A model generated the notes under the pieces. That model worked only from the letters and a program-made list of their open reading frames with translations, ran no database searches and was not told where the DNA came from. From an uncultured virus (IMG/VR IMGVR_UViG_3300033068_001557) (taxonomy: Duplodnaviria > Heunggongvirae > Uroviricota > Caudoviricetes): a DNA stretch of 64,000 nt. Positions 19,196 to 29,371 of this stretch are shown here, one piece after another. Within the stretch, counting starts at the first letter, position 1, and every line of letters starts with the position of its first letter. The position numbers and the translations under genes were made by a program. The stretch lies in the IMG/VR virus record IMGVR_UViG_3300033068_001557; one strand, 5' to 3'.

Positions 19196-22100
19196 TTATC
19201 TAATAGAAATTGAACTATTATTTCCTGTTAAGAATATTTTAAACTTATAATTATTTTCTTTATTTTCAAAGAATAATCGTATGAATTTAATTTTATCTTT
19301 AATGTCTGCTAATTCATACATATTCTTATTCACATTAATTAAATCAGGATTTTGTATTTTGTCAATATATCCATCATTAATAAAATAAGATTTTATATCT
19401 TGCCATTTAGAAGTTAAAGAAGGAACATTACTTTTTATACTTAAATCTCTTATTCCTGATAATTTCCAATTTTTATCTGTTCTTTTACACATTTTTTGTG
19501 TATTAGACCAGTTAATATTTTGATAAGGATTTGTTTCAGGTACAATAGTAAATTTACCTGAAGACTGAACAGGAGTATAAACCATACCTTTTGTAAAAGT
19601 TACATCTTCTACTTCAGAATAATATTTCATTAAGTTATCATATAATTGAGTATGACTTAACCAATATAAACTATCTAAAGAATCTGTTATAGGATTTCTA
19701 TCAATATATTCAATAATAAAATCTTGCTTCTTATTATAAAACTTTTGTTGTTCTCCTTCATTGTGTTTCCACATCATAGTTAAATTAATATCTAAAGTAT
19801 CGTATTTATTATTAACAGAATTTCTTGATGAATAAAAAGTATTAGCATCATTAAAATAAAAGTTAGGTAAATAACTATGAAAAGATAACCATGCTTCATT
19901 TAAAAGAGAATATGATATTGTCCAAGATAGATTTTCAAATCTTGTGGTATCTGTAAGATTAAATGGTCTTGAAGGATTAAATGTTTTTTCTTCTAAGATT
20001 CTATAATCTTTTTTAGTTATAATAATTCTTTTGTGTCTTGGATCATAAGTAGTGAGAAATCCTATACCATTAATTAATGCGGGTTGATTATTTTTTTCAT
20101 AATCTTCATTGAATAATCTCTGCCATTGTTTATTAAAATTAATTTCAAGATTTTCTTCAAACCAATTCCTCATTCCTTGTGAAGATATTTCTTTATTACT
20201 TGGTTGACCTTTATCTCCAATACCTAATTGAAATATTTTACCTGTAAGATCATCTATATAGACAGTACCAAATTCTGTAGTTATTGTTCCCCATTTACAA
20301 TTACTTCCACCATAACCATAAGTTGTAGAAATAAGTTCTCTTGGAGGAACACTAAAGAATTCTCCTGTACCAACATATAATGTTGTTTGGTCAGTATTAA
20401 TCTGATAAGGTTTAGTTACTATTTTATATAATGATTGTTTTGTATGAGCATATAATTCATCAAAATTTATAAATAAGTTTGTAAGTTCTCCTGTATGAGC
20501 AGGTAAATCTCTATAATTATTTGCTAAAAATATTCTATATGTATCACGAGTTTGTTCTTGATTACCTTGTTCAGAATATATAATTCTTGTAGGAAATTGT
20601 TCACGACAATCTTTACAATATTCAAAATTAATATCTAAAGAGAAATAAGGTTTTACACTATCACTTTTAGAATAATCTTTATTATAAAGATAAAGATTTT
20701 TCATGTAAACATTATTATACCATGCTGATGTACCACCGTTAGTTAAATCATCAAAATTAATACTATAACCATTCCAATCTAAATTGAAAAATTCTATGTA
20801 AGTACCGTTATAGTAATCCCAAAAATTATTGTTTTTATCAGTAACGTTTGTAATGTCTAAATGTCTTAATTCAGTATTAATTTCACTTTCTACAAAGTAA
20901 GTTATCATTGTTTTATTTACATCAAAAGATATTGATTCATCACCATCACATTTTTTTGTAAATGCAGAAGAGAAAAAACTAAATTTAGATATAAAACAAT
21001 CACCACCAAACAATATTGTTGAGTGAGTATTTTTATTTATAATTTTATTGTGCATTTTATAATACTTTCTAAGTCCAATAGAACCATACATATTTCTATT
21101 ATATGATTTCATAGAACCATATAAAGCATTAATTTCTCCTGTTGTAAAAGCATCAAACTCTGACACATATAATACTTCATCTTGTGTTTTAAATACACAA
21201 GTGTCTTGAGCATTATTATTTAAAAAATGTAAATCTAAATAACCAGAAGCAAGTTCATTATCTGCTTTAATATAAATAGGATCTTTTTCTAATATAAAAT
21301 TAGTTCCTTGTGCAGGATTTAAATAGGAATTGTTGTAAATAGCATGTTTATAATATCTACTTATTTCATCACTACTTTTAACATTAGACCAAGATTCAAT
21401 ATTACCTTTAATAACTCTTTCGTTTTTAAAAAAAGAAGATGAAAAAGCACTATTTAAAAATTTAGCAACAGCTCCATGAAAAGAATTACATTTATGATTA
21501 TAATAAATATAACTTGCAGCATCTCCATGAGTATCGCCACAACTTTCATCTATTGATGAATAATTAGGAATAAATGGAAAACTAGTTCCTTGTTCTCTAT
21601 GATGTCTTCCTGCAATAGTTGTTTGCACATACCAATCAGCATTATCATTTGAAAATACATGAATATCATTTATGATAGCATTCTCATAGATTAATCCTTT
21701 ATCTATGATTGTTTTGTTATTTTGAGTTCTTAATTCCTTTACAATATAATAACCTATAAGTTCATTTTGATATTGAGCAGGTAAATAGATATTTGAAAAT
21801 TCCAACCCTAAAGGCAAAATATAATTATTACCACTATCATCTATTGTGAAATGTTCTTCCAGAGTAGTATCTGGCATCTTATGGTGTCTTATTTTTTGAC
21901 CAACAATTTTACCATTTAATACTTCAGTAGGGTAAACATAATTACCACTACAATCTTTTATTACAGGATATCTATCTTCACTTTCATAATAAGCTAATTC
22001 TCCTTTAGAATAGTATTGAGAAGAAGTTGTGTTTAATTCTGTTCTGTATGCAGTGTTATAAACTTTCCATCTTTCAACATATCTTTCACCATCAATTAAT

Positions 22101-23521
22101 GTAAAATCAGAATCTATTAAAAATTTAAAATCAGGTAAAAGATTACCTGAGCCATCTTCAGCAAAAATTAATGCTGAATCCCAACCAGTATCAGTATTAC
22201 CTGTGTTATTATTTGGTCTTACGTGTGTATTATCATCTGATGTTGGAAATGATGAAAGTTTGTTTGCTGTATTTTTAGCTCTACCACAAATATGAAAAGC
22301 AGGAGTTTCTGTGCCATCTTTAAATACTCCAACTAAAGCAAGAGAATAAATTTCATCTCTCATTTCAGTTCTATATTCCATATATGCTGTTGAAGACTTT
22401 GATAATCCACTTGTAGATAAAGAATTTTCAGCAGAATGTTTTATTGGTTTAGTTACATAATTAACCTTTATATTTGCGGCTAATCTTTGAAATTCTGAAT
22501 AATCTCTTACTTTACCTTTAACATTACCTTTAATTAATCTGTTATCTGTTTGAGTAATTGTTTCAGAAACATCATATGGATTATTAGAAATTATTAATTC
22601 ATCATATGGAATTTGTATAGTTCCATCCATAGTAATATCTGATAATGTATAAGTTATATTATCATTTACAATTCCAATTTTTTCTACTTTGTAATATGAT
22701 GTTACAGAATTTTTTGTATAACCTACAATTATGTTTAAATAATCATAAGATAAATCTATATTTTTAATATCAAAAGTAATTGATTTATTTGTTACAGGAA
22801 ACAATAAAGGGTCTCCTCCCATCATGTTTTTATAATCTCCACCATAATTTCCATATATAATTGGAATAGGTAAGCTATAACCAAAATAATCACTACCGTT
22901 ACCAAAATTATCTTCTAATTGTAAAATTATTTGATAAACCCCTAATCCAAGATTACCTCCTGAATTATTTACAACAACGTTTTCTATACTAGCAACAGAA
23001 ATATCTCTTTTATTTTTTATAAGATTACAATCAAAAAATCCATATTTATTTAAATAATTATGAGAAGTAGGGTTTCTTAAAATATCATCAATGTTAATTA
23101 CTCTATCTGGATTAATACCATCTACAAAATAAATGATTCTATCACAGCCATTAAGAGTTCTTTGAACTCCTTGTATTTGTCTTTGAAAATTTAAACAAGT
23201 GTTACTTACAATTGTTTGATAAGAACATTTATTTAAATTTGCAAGAATAATTGAATTTACAGTATCTTCTTTGTCTTTAAGAAATAAAATAATTTCTTCT
23301 GAATTTAACAAAATACTTCCTATTGGAAAAGTATTTTTTGGTAAATCTAAACATTCAATATTACCTGTTTCATTTATTAAAGTTGAAAGGTCTCCTGTAC
23401 TACTTTCATTAACAGCATTTAATGCAAAAGTGTATGAACTATTATCTTGTTTAAGTTCATACACGTCTTTATTTAATCCTTTAATAAAGGTATTTATTTT
23501 TTCCTTATCTTCCATTGCCAT
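19196..23521 (-). CDS. Tail muzzle / stabilisation protein (P22 gp10-like, crAss001 gp44-like)
   Basis: 1441 aa; N-terminal KGLNKD...YTFALNA, FGGDCFISKF and SWTISYS...WLSFHSYLPNFY motifs; synteny. Confidence 0.8.
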   Translation of the reverse strand: MAMEDKEKINTFIKGLNKDVYELKQDNSSYTFALNAVNESSTGDLSTLINETGNIECLDLPKNTFPIGSILLNSEEIILFLKDKEDTVNSIILANLNKCSYQTIVSNTCLNFQRQIQGVQRTLNGCDRIIYFVDGINPDRVINIDDILRNPTSHNYLNKYGFFDCNLIKNKRDISVASIENVVVNNSGGNLGLGVYQIILQLEDNFGNGSDYFGYSLPIPIIYGNYGGDYKNMMGGDPLLFPVTNKSITFDIKNIDLSYDYLNIIVGYTKNSVTSYYKVEKIGIVNDNITYTLSDITMDGTIQIPYDELIISNNPYDVSETITQTDNRLIKGNVKGKVRDYSEFQRLAANIKVNYVTKPIKHSAENSLSTSGLSKSSTAYMEYRTEMRDEIYSLALVGVFKDGTETPAFHICGRAKNTANKLSSFPTSDDNTHVRPNNNTGNTDTGWDSALIFAEDGSGNLLPDFKFLIDSDFTLIDGERYVERWKVYNTAYRTELNTTSSQYYSKGELAYYESEDRYPVIKDCSGNYVYPTEVLNGKIVGQKIRHHKMPDTTLEEHFTIDDSGNNYILPLGLEFSNIYLPAQYQNELIGYYIVKELRTQNNKTIIDKGLIYENAIINDIHVFSNDNADWYVQTTIAGRHHREQGTSFPFIPNYSSIDESCGDTHGDAASYIYYNHKCNSFHGAVAKFLNSAFSSSFFKNERVIKGNIESWSNVKSSDEISRYYKHAIYNNSYLNPAQGTNFILEKDPIYIKADNELASGYLDLHFLNNNAQDTCVFKTQDEVLYVSEFDAFTTGEINALYGSMKSYNRNMYGSIGLRKYYKMHNKIINKNTHSTILFGGDCFISKFSFFSSAFTKKCDGDESISFDVNKTMITYFVESEINTELRHLDITNVTDKNNNFWDYYNGTYIEFFNLDWNGYSINFDDLTNGGTSAWYNNVYMKNLYLYNKDYSKSDSVKPYFSLDINFEYCKDCREQFPTRIIYSEQGNQEQTRDTYRIFLANNYRDLPAHTGELTNLFINFDELYAHTKQSLYKIVTKPYQINTDQTTLYVGTGEFFSVPPRELISTTYGYGGSNCKWGTITTEFGTVYIDDLTGKIFQLGIGDKGQPSNKEISSQGMRNWFEENLEINFNKQWQRLFNEDYEKNNQPALINGIGFLTTYDPRHKRIIITKKDYRILEEKTFNPSRPFNLTDTTRFENLSWTISYSLLNEAWLSFHSYLPNFYFNDANTFYSSRNSVNNKYDTLDINLTMMWKHNEGEQQKFYNKKQDFIIEYIDRNPITDSLDSLYWLSHTQLYDNLMKYYSEVEDVTFTKGMVYTPVQSSGKFTIVPETNPYQNINWSNTQKMCKRTDKNWKLSGIRDLSIKSNVPSLTSKWQDIKSYFINDGYIDKIQNPDLINVNKNMYELADIKDKIKFIRLFFENKENNYKFKIFLTGNNSSISIR

Positions 23522-24374
23522 AATTATTTCCTTTTAATCTTGCAAAAGCAATATCGTATTTACTTTTATTAAATATTGTATAGGAAGATGCCCATTTAAT
23601 ATTCTTAAACACAATTCCCTTCCACTCTTTAAAGTCAAATTCTTTTGTGAAGAATATTCCTCTAACCTTTTGAAAAAGATTTTGCGCTCTGTTAATATAC
23701 ATTTGATGCATGTTACTAGCACCTTCTTCTTTCATATTCATTCTTATTTCCCAATGTTTAGCCATACACCAATTAGCTAATGCTTGAATTAAATCTTCAT
23801 TATCAGGTATAATATATTCACCATCTTCATCAACAGCATGTCTTAAATAAGCTAAACAAATATGACCATTTTCAAAAGGAACTGTTATATAACCATTAGG
23901 AGATAGAGAATAAATTGTTTCACATTTTGAAGTTATATTTGGACAATCTGTACAATGAAATTTATTTGCAAAAGGTAAATTAGAAAGCTTTAATATTTGA
24001 AAATTTCTTTTAAAATAATTTGTATCTACAAATCTTGAGTAATTAGCAATTACTCTTATATTGGCATTGTTATTAACTTGATTTACATAATTTGTATTAT
24101 ATCCACAATTACAATCAGATAATTCATTTACATCATCATCAGTAAGAATTCCTTCTGATAATGGTGCTGTAACCATTTCTATTTGAATTAAATCACAAGG
24201 TAATATTGCTTTATGATTTATTACTTCAATAAATACAGCTTCTTGTTGATAAGCTTTTTTAATATTTAAAATATCTAATCCATTGATAACCCACTCTATA
24301 ATATCATCTTCATTATATTGAGATTTATCTATTGTTAATCTATTAATAACAGCTCTTACGTTTGTAAATAACAT
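23505..24374 (-). CDS. Tail ring protein (P22 gp4-like tail tubular protein)
   Basis: DDIIEWV, AILPCDL, VDEDGEYIIPDNE motifs; directly upstream of the muzzle gene. Confidence 0.7.
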   Translation of the reverse strand: MLFTNVRAVINRLTIDKSQYNEDDIIEWVINGLDILNIKKAYQQEAVFIEVINHKAILPCDLIQIEMVTAPLSEGILTDDDVNELSDCNCGYNTNYVNQVNNNANIRVIANYSRFVDTNYFKRNFQILKLSNLPFANKFHCTDCPNITSKCETIYSLSPNGYITVPFENGHICLAYLRHAVDEDGEYIIPDNEDLIQALANWCMAKHWEIRMNMKEEGASNMHQMYINRAQNLFQKVRGIFFTKEFDFKEWKGIVFKNIKWASSYTIFNKSKYDIAFARLKGNNYGNGR

Positions 24375-24375
24375 T

Positions 24376-24924
24376 TTATTCGTTTATGTAATTTATGATT
24401 TGTGGATTTTCTTTTAATATCTGAGCCAGTTTTAATTTTTGTCTTTTAGCTAAAGTAAATAAAGTAGCATATTTATTTCCAAAAAAAGCTTCTTTTTTAT
24501 TCCATTTTAAATAGACACCATAACCCTGACTGTGATAATTCTTATGATATATTGTTTTTTTATTATCTGGATTTTGTTTATTCCATTCTCCATAAACTTT
24601 TCTTGTGGCATCAAAATCAATATTTTTTTTATTGGTATTTGGATTTTTACATTTATGAAAAGAAAATAAACCAAATTTATGAGGAGATTTATAAACATTT
24701 CCCCAAATAAGAAATTCAAATAAAAGAACTTGAAAAAATATTTTTGTTATTTCTATATACTCTTTTCTTGTTATAGAAAATTCATGATTATCTACTATTT
24801 CATATTTAGGAATATAACAATCTTTATATACTCCTTTATCTTTTGCTTTATATGGATATGTTTTAAAAAAATCAGATATTGAAACTTTTTGTTTATTGGT
24901 TGTTGTTTGTGTTGTTTGTGTCAT
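24376..24924 (-). CDS. IHF/HU-like DNA-binding protein (crAss IHF family)
   Basis: Basic protein with PHKFGLF and IDFDATRK...IYHKNYHS motifs; position between ring genes. Confidence 0.55.
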   Translation of the reverse strand: MTQTTQTTTNKQKVSISDFFKTYPYKAKDKGVYKDCYIPKYEIVDNHEFSITRKEYIEITKIFFQVLLFEFLIWGNVYKSPHKFGLFSFHKCKNPNTNKKNIDFDATRKVYGEWNKQNPDNKKTIYHKNYHSQGYGVYLKWNKKEAFFGNKYATLFTLAKRQKLKLAQILKENPQIINYINE

Positions 24925-25567
24925 CTTCTTTAAGTTGTAATGGAATTTTTAAAATATCTAAACATATTTGATACATGGGAAAAGATAAAGAACCTTTAAT
25001 AGGAAAATCACTTTCATTTATATCATAACATGTTTGTTCTATATTATTTTCATCACAATAAGAAATACTTTGTAATTCTAAAGGGTCTTCAAATACACCT
25101 TCAATTAAAACAATTTTTAATTGTAAATTATTAAAGATAACCAGATGATTATTAAATATTCCATATTTTAATCCTTTCTTTTTTGTTCTTGTATATTTTA
25201 AATTCTTTAAGTCAGTAGAGTATGTAAATGGAATTTCATTATAACCATCAATAGTCATTACTTTAATAAGTTCTTTATTTCTTCCTGTAAGAACTTTAGG
25301 TAGTGGATATTTAGATTTTAACACTTTACACTTAACTTCAAATGGTAAACAGTCACAATCATGATATGTGTCAATTATTAAAGGCATATAAACAACCTGT
25401 TTATGAAATTCAGAATCTTTATTAAACTTTTTATTCTCTCTTTCTAATAAAAGATTTCTAGCATCTTTAAGTAATGAATATAAAAATTCATCACTATAAA
25501 GAGTATCGTCACTATGTTGTTTTATAAACGTTCTTAATTTATAAATATGTTCTGGAATTGCTGACAT
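24893..25567 (-). CDS. Tail ring protein
   Basis: HSDD...LLKDARNLLL, LKSKYPLP and IEGVFEDP...DFPI motifs typical of crAss ring proteins. Confidence 0.65.
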   Translation of the reverse strand: MSAIPEHIYKLRTFIKQHSDDTLYSDEFLYSLLKDARNLLLERENKKFNKDSEFHKQVVYMPLIIDTYHDCDCLPFEVKCKVLKSKYPLPKVLTGRNKELIKVMTIDGYNEIPFTYSTDLKNLKYTRTKKKGLKYGIFNNHLVIFNNLQLKIVLIEGVFEDPLELQSISYCDENNIEQTCYDINESDFPIKGSLSFPMYQICLDILKIPLQLKEDDTNNTNNNQ

Positions 25568-26306
25568 AATATTCTTTCAATTTTGGTTTTAAATCTTCTG
25601 CTTCAATTATTTGATAATATTTTTCAGTTTCTTCATTTTTCTTTAACCACACAATTAATCTACCTTCTATTGGAAATTCTACATCTTCAAAACACATATC
25701 ATATAAATTTAACTGTATTTTGTATAAATTCGCAGGACATTGCAACATGTCTGTAAAAGGTTCTAATAATTTTTGTTTTTTATGATTTTTATAAATATCA
25801 TCATTTGTTTTCCAATCTACAATTATAAATTTATCATTTTCAATATCATATACTAAAAGGTCTAAAATACCCATATATAATAATGTCTTATTATAAATAG
25901 TTAGTTCTTGAGTAAGTACTATATAATTAGGATGGTCTTGAAAGAATTCAACAATACCTTTTTGGTGGTCTGTTAAAGGTAATAATTTTCTTTCACTTTT
26001 AATATAATCTTCTGAAAAAGTATGAGCTTCTTTACCTGCATCTGTACTTGCTTTAGCTTTTGCATCCCACATAGCTAAAACTTCTTCTTCTGTAATACCC
26101 AGTTTTTTTGCTACATATTTAGCAATCTTTTTATCAAAAGGTATTTCAAATAATTTATATTTAGAAGAAACAGATTCAAGTCTTTGTCCTGTTGATTTTA
26201 AAACATTCTTTCTTATCCACTCATTAAATTCTATGTCAGGAAAAAGATTATGAATTCTTTCTATGACAGTATCTATTATTTCTTTCTTATTTTCCGTCTC
26301 TATCAT
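25539..26306 (-). CDS. PD-(D/E)xK exonuclease
   Basis: GKEAH...ELTIY...GILDLL...IVDWKTN...YKIQLNLY motifs. Confidence 0.8.
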   Translation of the reverse strand: MIETENKKEIIDTVIERIHNLFPDIEFNEWIRKNVLKSTGQRLESVSSKYKLFEIPFDKKIAKYVAKKLGITEEEVLAMWDAKAKASTDAGKEAHTFSEDYIKSERKLLPLTDHQKGIVEFFQDHPNYIVLTQELTIYNKTLLYMGILDLLVYDIENDKFIIVDWKTNDDIYKNHKKQKLLEPFTDMLQCPANLYKIQLNLYDMCFEDVEFPIEGRLIVWLKKNEETEKYYQIIEAEDLKPKLKEYYVSNSRTYL

Positions 26307-27234
26307 TTATATATTTTAAATATGTTGTGTTGTTGATTTTAAATTTAATATCATCTTTTTGACATTGCATTATATGTTGTATTGTTCCTAAAGGAGTTAC
26401 AGTAGTTTTATAAAGTTTTACATTAGAACTTCCACATGTAGGACAACAATATTTTTGACTACCGTGCAATACTCCAATATGAGCAACATTAATCATGTAT
26501 TTTCTAAATACCATATAAACTTCTTCAGTAGTAATTACATCTTGAATATTATATGTTATCATTTCTTTTAAAGCTTTTTCAGATTTTTCTTTAGAACCTT
26601 CCTGTATATCTTCCCACATTGAAATTCCAGGATGATTGTATTTACCGTCTAATCCTAAAAATTTAGCAATATAAGACATTGAGTAAGAAGGTAATCTAAA
26701 TAACCTTTTAGCTTCCTTTTGGATATCTAAAGATCTTACATGAGTATTAGAATCAAAACCATGTTTTAATACTCTTGAGTTTATAAGTCTATTATCAAAA
26801 TTATCATTATTGACTCCAATTACAAAGTCTGCTTCATTATAATATTTTAAGAACTCTTTTATTAGTTTTTTATCACATTTTTTAGAATTATCCCAAGTGA
26901 TATAATCTACTGTTTCACTACCTAACCATTTAAAAGAAACAGTTATAATTTTTGTTTCATCAATTAATTGTGAATGAGATATGTATTGTTTTCCTGTCCA
27001 CCAAACATGTGCTTTTAATCTTGATGTTTCAATATCATAAATCAATATTTTACTTTCTTTCTTTATTTTTTTTTCAATTTTTTCATTTATCCATTTACTA
27101 ACTTTTCTTCTTTCACTGTCTGTATATAATATATTATTATTTTCACAAACTGTTTTTGCTGTTGAAGTAATGTTATTTGTATCTTTATATAATACATAAC
27201 ATTCTTCTAAATGTAACTCTTTTGTTAATTGCAT
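26287..27234 (-). CDS. DEDD/RNase H-like 3'-5' exonuclease with C-terminal Zn ribbon
   Basis: YDIETS, NNDNFD and YNIQDV motifs plus CPTCGS...CQKD. Confidence 0.8.
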   Translation of the reverse strand: MQLTKELHLEECYVLYKDTNNITSTAKTVCENNNILYTDSERRKVSKWINEKIEKKIKKESKILIYDIETSRLKAHVWWTGKQYISHSQLIDETKIITVSFKWLGSETVDYITWDNSKKCDKKLIKEFLKYYNEADFVIGVNNDNFDNRLINSRVLKHGFDSNTHVRSLDIQKEAKRLFRLPSYSMSYIAKFLGLDGKYNHPGISMWEDIQEGSKEKSEKALKEMITYNIQDVITTEEVYMVFRKYMINVAHIGVLHGSQKYCCPTCGSSNVKLYKTTVTPLGTIQHIMQCQKDDIKFKINNTTYLKYINDRDGK

Positions 27235-27253
27235 AAAATTTTTTAATTTTGTA

Positions 27254-27261
27254 CAAATATA
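27254..27261 (-). promoter_or_regulatory. Bacteroidota sigma70 -7 element
   Basis: TATATTTG upstream of the DEDD exonuclease gene, downstream of a terminator. Confidence 0.6.
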
Positions 27262-27316
27262 AGTAATATTTCTTTAAAAACAGTTGAATTAATTGTTTTT
27301 AATAATCATTTAATAT

Positions 27317-27341
27317 AAAAGGCAGGTGTTTCCACCTACCT
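27317..27341 (-). terminator. Intrinsic terminator after the endolysin gene
   Basis: Minus strand AGGTAGGTG-GAAA-CACCTGCCT-TTT. Confidence 0.75.
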
Positions 27342-27367
27342 CCAACAAAACAATAAATAAGAAAAAA

Positions 27368-27838
27368 TTATTTTTTAAAATATAAATCAGCTTCTGCTTT
27401 TCTTCTTCTTGTAAGTCCTTTTTCAAAAGAAGAACCTTTATTAACCCATAACATAAATTGATTTCTAATTGTAGGGTCATTAGGATTTATATTTACTTTC
27501 TTTAATAATGTTGAATCTCCAAGACCTTCAGCTTTAGTATCTGCGTCTATATCAAGTCCTACATTGTAAGCAAATGATATTAAAGCAGCTCTTTGATTTT
27601 CATTAATATTTGATTTAACAAGTTGGTCAACACCTCTTTCAAAAATAGCTAAAATATTATAAAATAATCTGTCAGCTCGTTCTTGAGTAATAGCATCTCC
27701 TAATTTAACAGCTACTCCATTTTCATAAAATGTATTTCCCCAACCAATTGTAGGTATTTTTTTTGAATCTAAATATGCTTTTAATCTGCATTGTTCAAAA
27801 GATTTGATAAGCTCAATGCCTTGTTTATTTATAATCAT
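27368..27838 (-). CDS. Endolysin, GH24 lysozyme
   Basis: IKSFEQCRLKAYLDSKKIPTIGWG (E-x8-D-x5-T triad), ALISFAYNVG, GLTRRRKAEADL. Confidence 0.92.
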   Translation of the reverse strand: MIINKQGIELIKSFEQCRLKAYLDSKKIPTIGWGNTFYENGVAVKLGDAITQERADRLFYNILAIFERGVDQLVKSNINENQRAALISFAYNVGLDIDADTKAEGLGDSTLLKKVNINPNDPTIRNQFMLWVNKGSSFEKGLTRRRKAEADLYFKK

Positions 27839-27840
27839 AG

Positions 27841-28395
27841 TTACAGATTTTTTTGTTCTTCTTCCGTAATAACAGCAGCTTCTCCGCTGCTTATAAATTC
27901 TTGAATTTTTTGGTCTTTGTAATTGTCGATGTTTTTCATAACCTCAAGGAATACCCCTTGTGGCAAAATCTTCAACAGGGATGCGTTTTTAAGTATGGAA
28001 ATTAACTGGAATAGCATTATAGGCAGAACAACTGCTCCAGTAAGAAATGAAGCATCAGGGAACGCTTTTTGGATAGTAAGCACAGTAGCCACAATAACCG
28101 AATATCCAAACAAATACCAAACCCCTTTTAATGCCCTTTGTGTCTCCCATGCAGATACAAGTTTTCCATTCTCTTTCTTTTTTGTCCTTAGACCTACTGC
28201 TTGACCAAGAATGTTGTCAACAAAAACAACTAAAAATATTGCCTTGAAAATATTAATGTTGTCGAAATAAAGGACACTAAAATGCCCCAATATACCCCCT
28301 ATAAGAGTAAACACAAAGTTTGATATCGCCTCCGATATGTTTCGAATGTGTAGTATTGAAGCCATGTATTCGTATATTGTGTTTTTACATTTCAT
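27841..28395 (-). CDS. Holin (phage holin family 4-like)
   Basis: 3-4 hydrophobic segments, VFVDNILG and QLISILKNA motifs, adjacent to the endolysin; likely start at 28395 or 28365 rather than the track's 28497. Confidence 0.7.
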   Translation of the reverse strand: MKCKNTIYEYMASILHIRNISEAISNFVFTLIGGILGHFSVLYFDNINIFKAIFLVVFVDNILGQAVGLRTKKKENGKLVSAWETQRALKGVWYLFGYSVIVATVLTIQKAFPDASFLTGAVVLPIMLFQLISILKNASLLKILPQGVFLEVMKNIDNYKDQKIQEFISSGEAAVITEEEQKNL

Positions 28396-28432
28396 AAATG
28401 GAAAATTTTTACAATAAGCTTGATTTAATAAT

Positions 28433-28522
28433 TTATCCAAAGATTGCTGCGATTGTTGCTGCGGCTGCAAGCAGTACAAAAAATACTGCCCATGCAATTT
28501 TACGTTTTTTAGAGATACTCAT
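28433..28522 (-). CDS. 29-aa single-transmembrane peptide
   Basis: MSISKKRKIAWAVFFVLLAAAATIAAIFG*; its ATG overlaps the TGA of 28519..28929 (ATGA coupling). Confidence 0.6.
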   Translation of the reverse strand: MSISKKRKIAWAVFFVLLAAAATIAAIFG

Positions 28523-28929
28523 TTTCTTAATATTTTATAAGTGTGAAAAATATGAAATACACCTGCAAATAATGCATATGCAGGTATTGCTAAAAGTGGT
28601 AACAATGGATTATATAAAGCAAGAGAACCAATAGCCAAGAATGCAATACCATAAGATACTCTGAATACAAAACCAAACACATGCCATGCGTCAGTAAGTG
28701 ATACAAACCAACGTGAACTGCCAAAGAACCTTTCTACATATTTTCCATTAACTCTAATTGGATTTGACTTATCATCTAATTTCCATTTGTTTTTCCAAGA
28801 GTATGCTTTTAACCAAAAAAATTCATTCTTGAACTTTAATTTCTTGTCCTCTGACAAATCCATTATTGCCTTAGAGAGACCACTTACTATTGTAAGTAGT
28901 ACTCCTATTATGATTATTGTTATTAGCAT
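28519..28929 (-). CDS. Membrane protein in the lysis region
   Basis: Three hydrophobic segments; SWKNKWK...FFGSS.WFVSLTDAWH motif. Confidence 0.7.
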   Translation of the reverse strand: MLITIIIIGVLLTIVSGLSKAIMDLSEDKKLKFKNEFFWLKAYSWKNKWKLDDKSNPIRVNGKYVERFFGSSRWFVSLTDAWHVFGFVFRVSYGIAFLAIGSLALYNPLLPLLAIPAYALFAGVFHIFHTYKILRK

Positions 28930-28967
28930 TTTATTGTTTATTTTTTAATCAGCAATTCCATGTACTT

Positions 28968-29291
28968 CTAAGGTTTTATCCACCAATTAACTGTGCTATT
29001 ATCTAACGCACTTGAACTATTTATTACAAATGAAGTCCCATTTATAATGTCTGTTGTACTTGCATAAATATAACCAAGTGTTCCATTAGGTGTTTCTACA
29101 CTTACAAATATCTTGTCACCTGTTTTTACATTAGAAAACACGTTTAATCCAGCTACTAATGCAAGTGAAACAAAATTAATCTAATTACCTAATGTTTCAG
29201 AGATTCCTAATTTATCTGTCATGCCAGTCATTATATTTAACACTGCTATAACTACTGTTAGTATTGTTACTATGTTAGTTATTTTTCTCAT
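28968..29291 (-). pseudogene. Amber-interrupted chimeric ORF (two-TM N-terminus plus tail-fibre-like C-terminus)
   Basis: MRKITNIVTILTVVIAVLNIMTGMTDKLGISETLGN-TAG(29181-29183)-INFVSLALVAGLNVFSNVKTGDKIFVSVETPNGTLGYIYAS...GTSFVINSSSALDNSTVNWWIKP*. Confidence 0.5.
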
Positions 29292-29371
29292 TATTTTGTT
29301 TTTAAATTAAGTTTATTTCAGAATATTTTCTTAAATTCAGTTAAATTTATATAGTAATTTGTATTTGATTA

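Noticed and set aside
23534..24719. Nested same-strand ORFs 23534..23722 and 24507..24719
   Set aside because: They are alternate-frame ORFs inside conserved ring and IHF genes with no supporting signals
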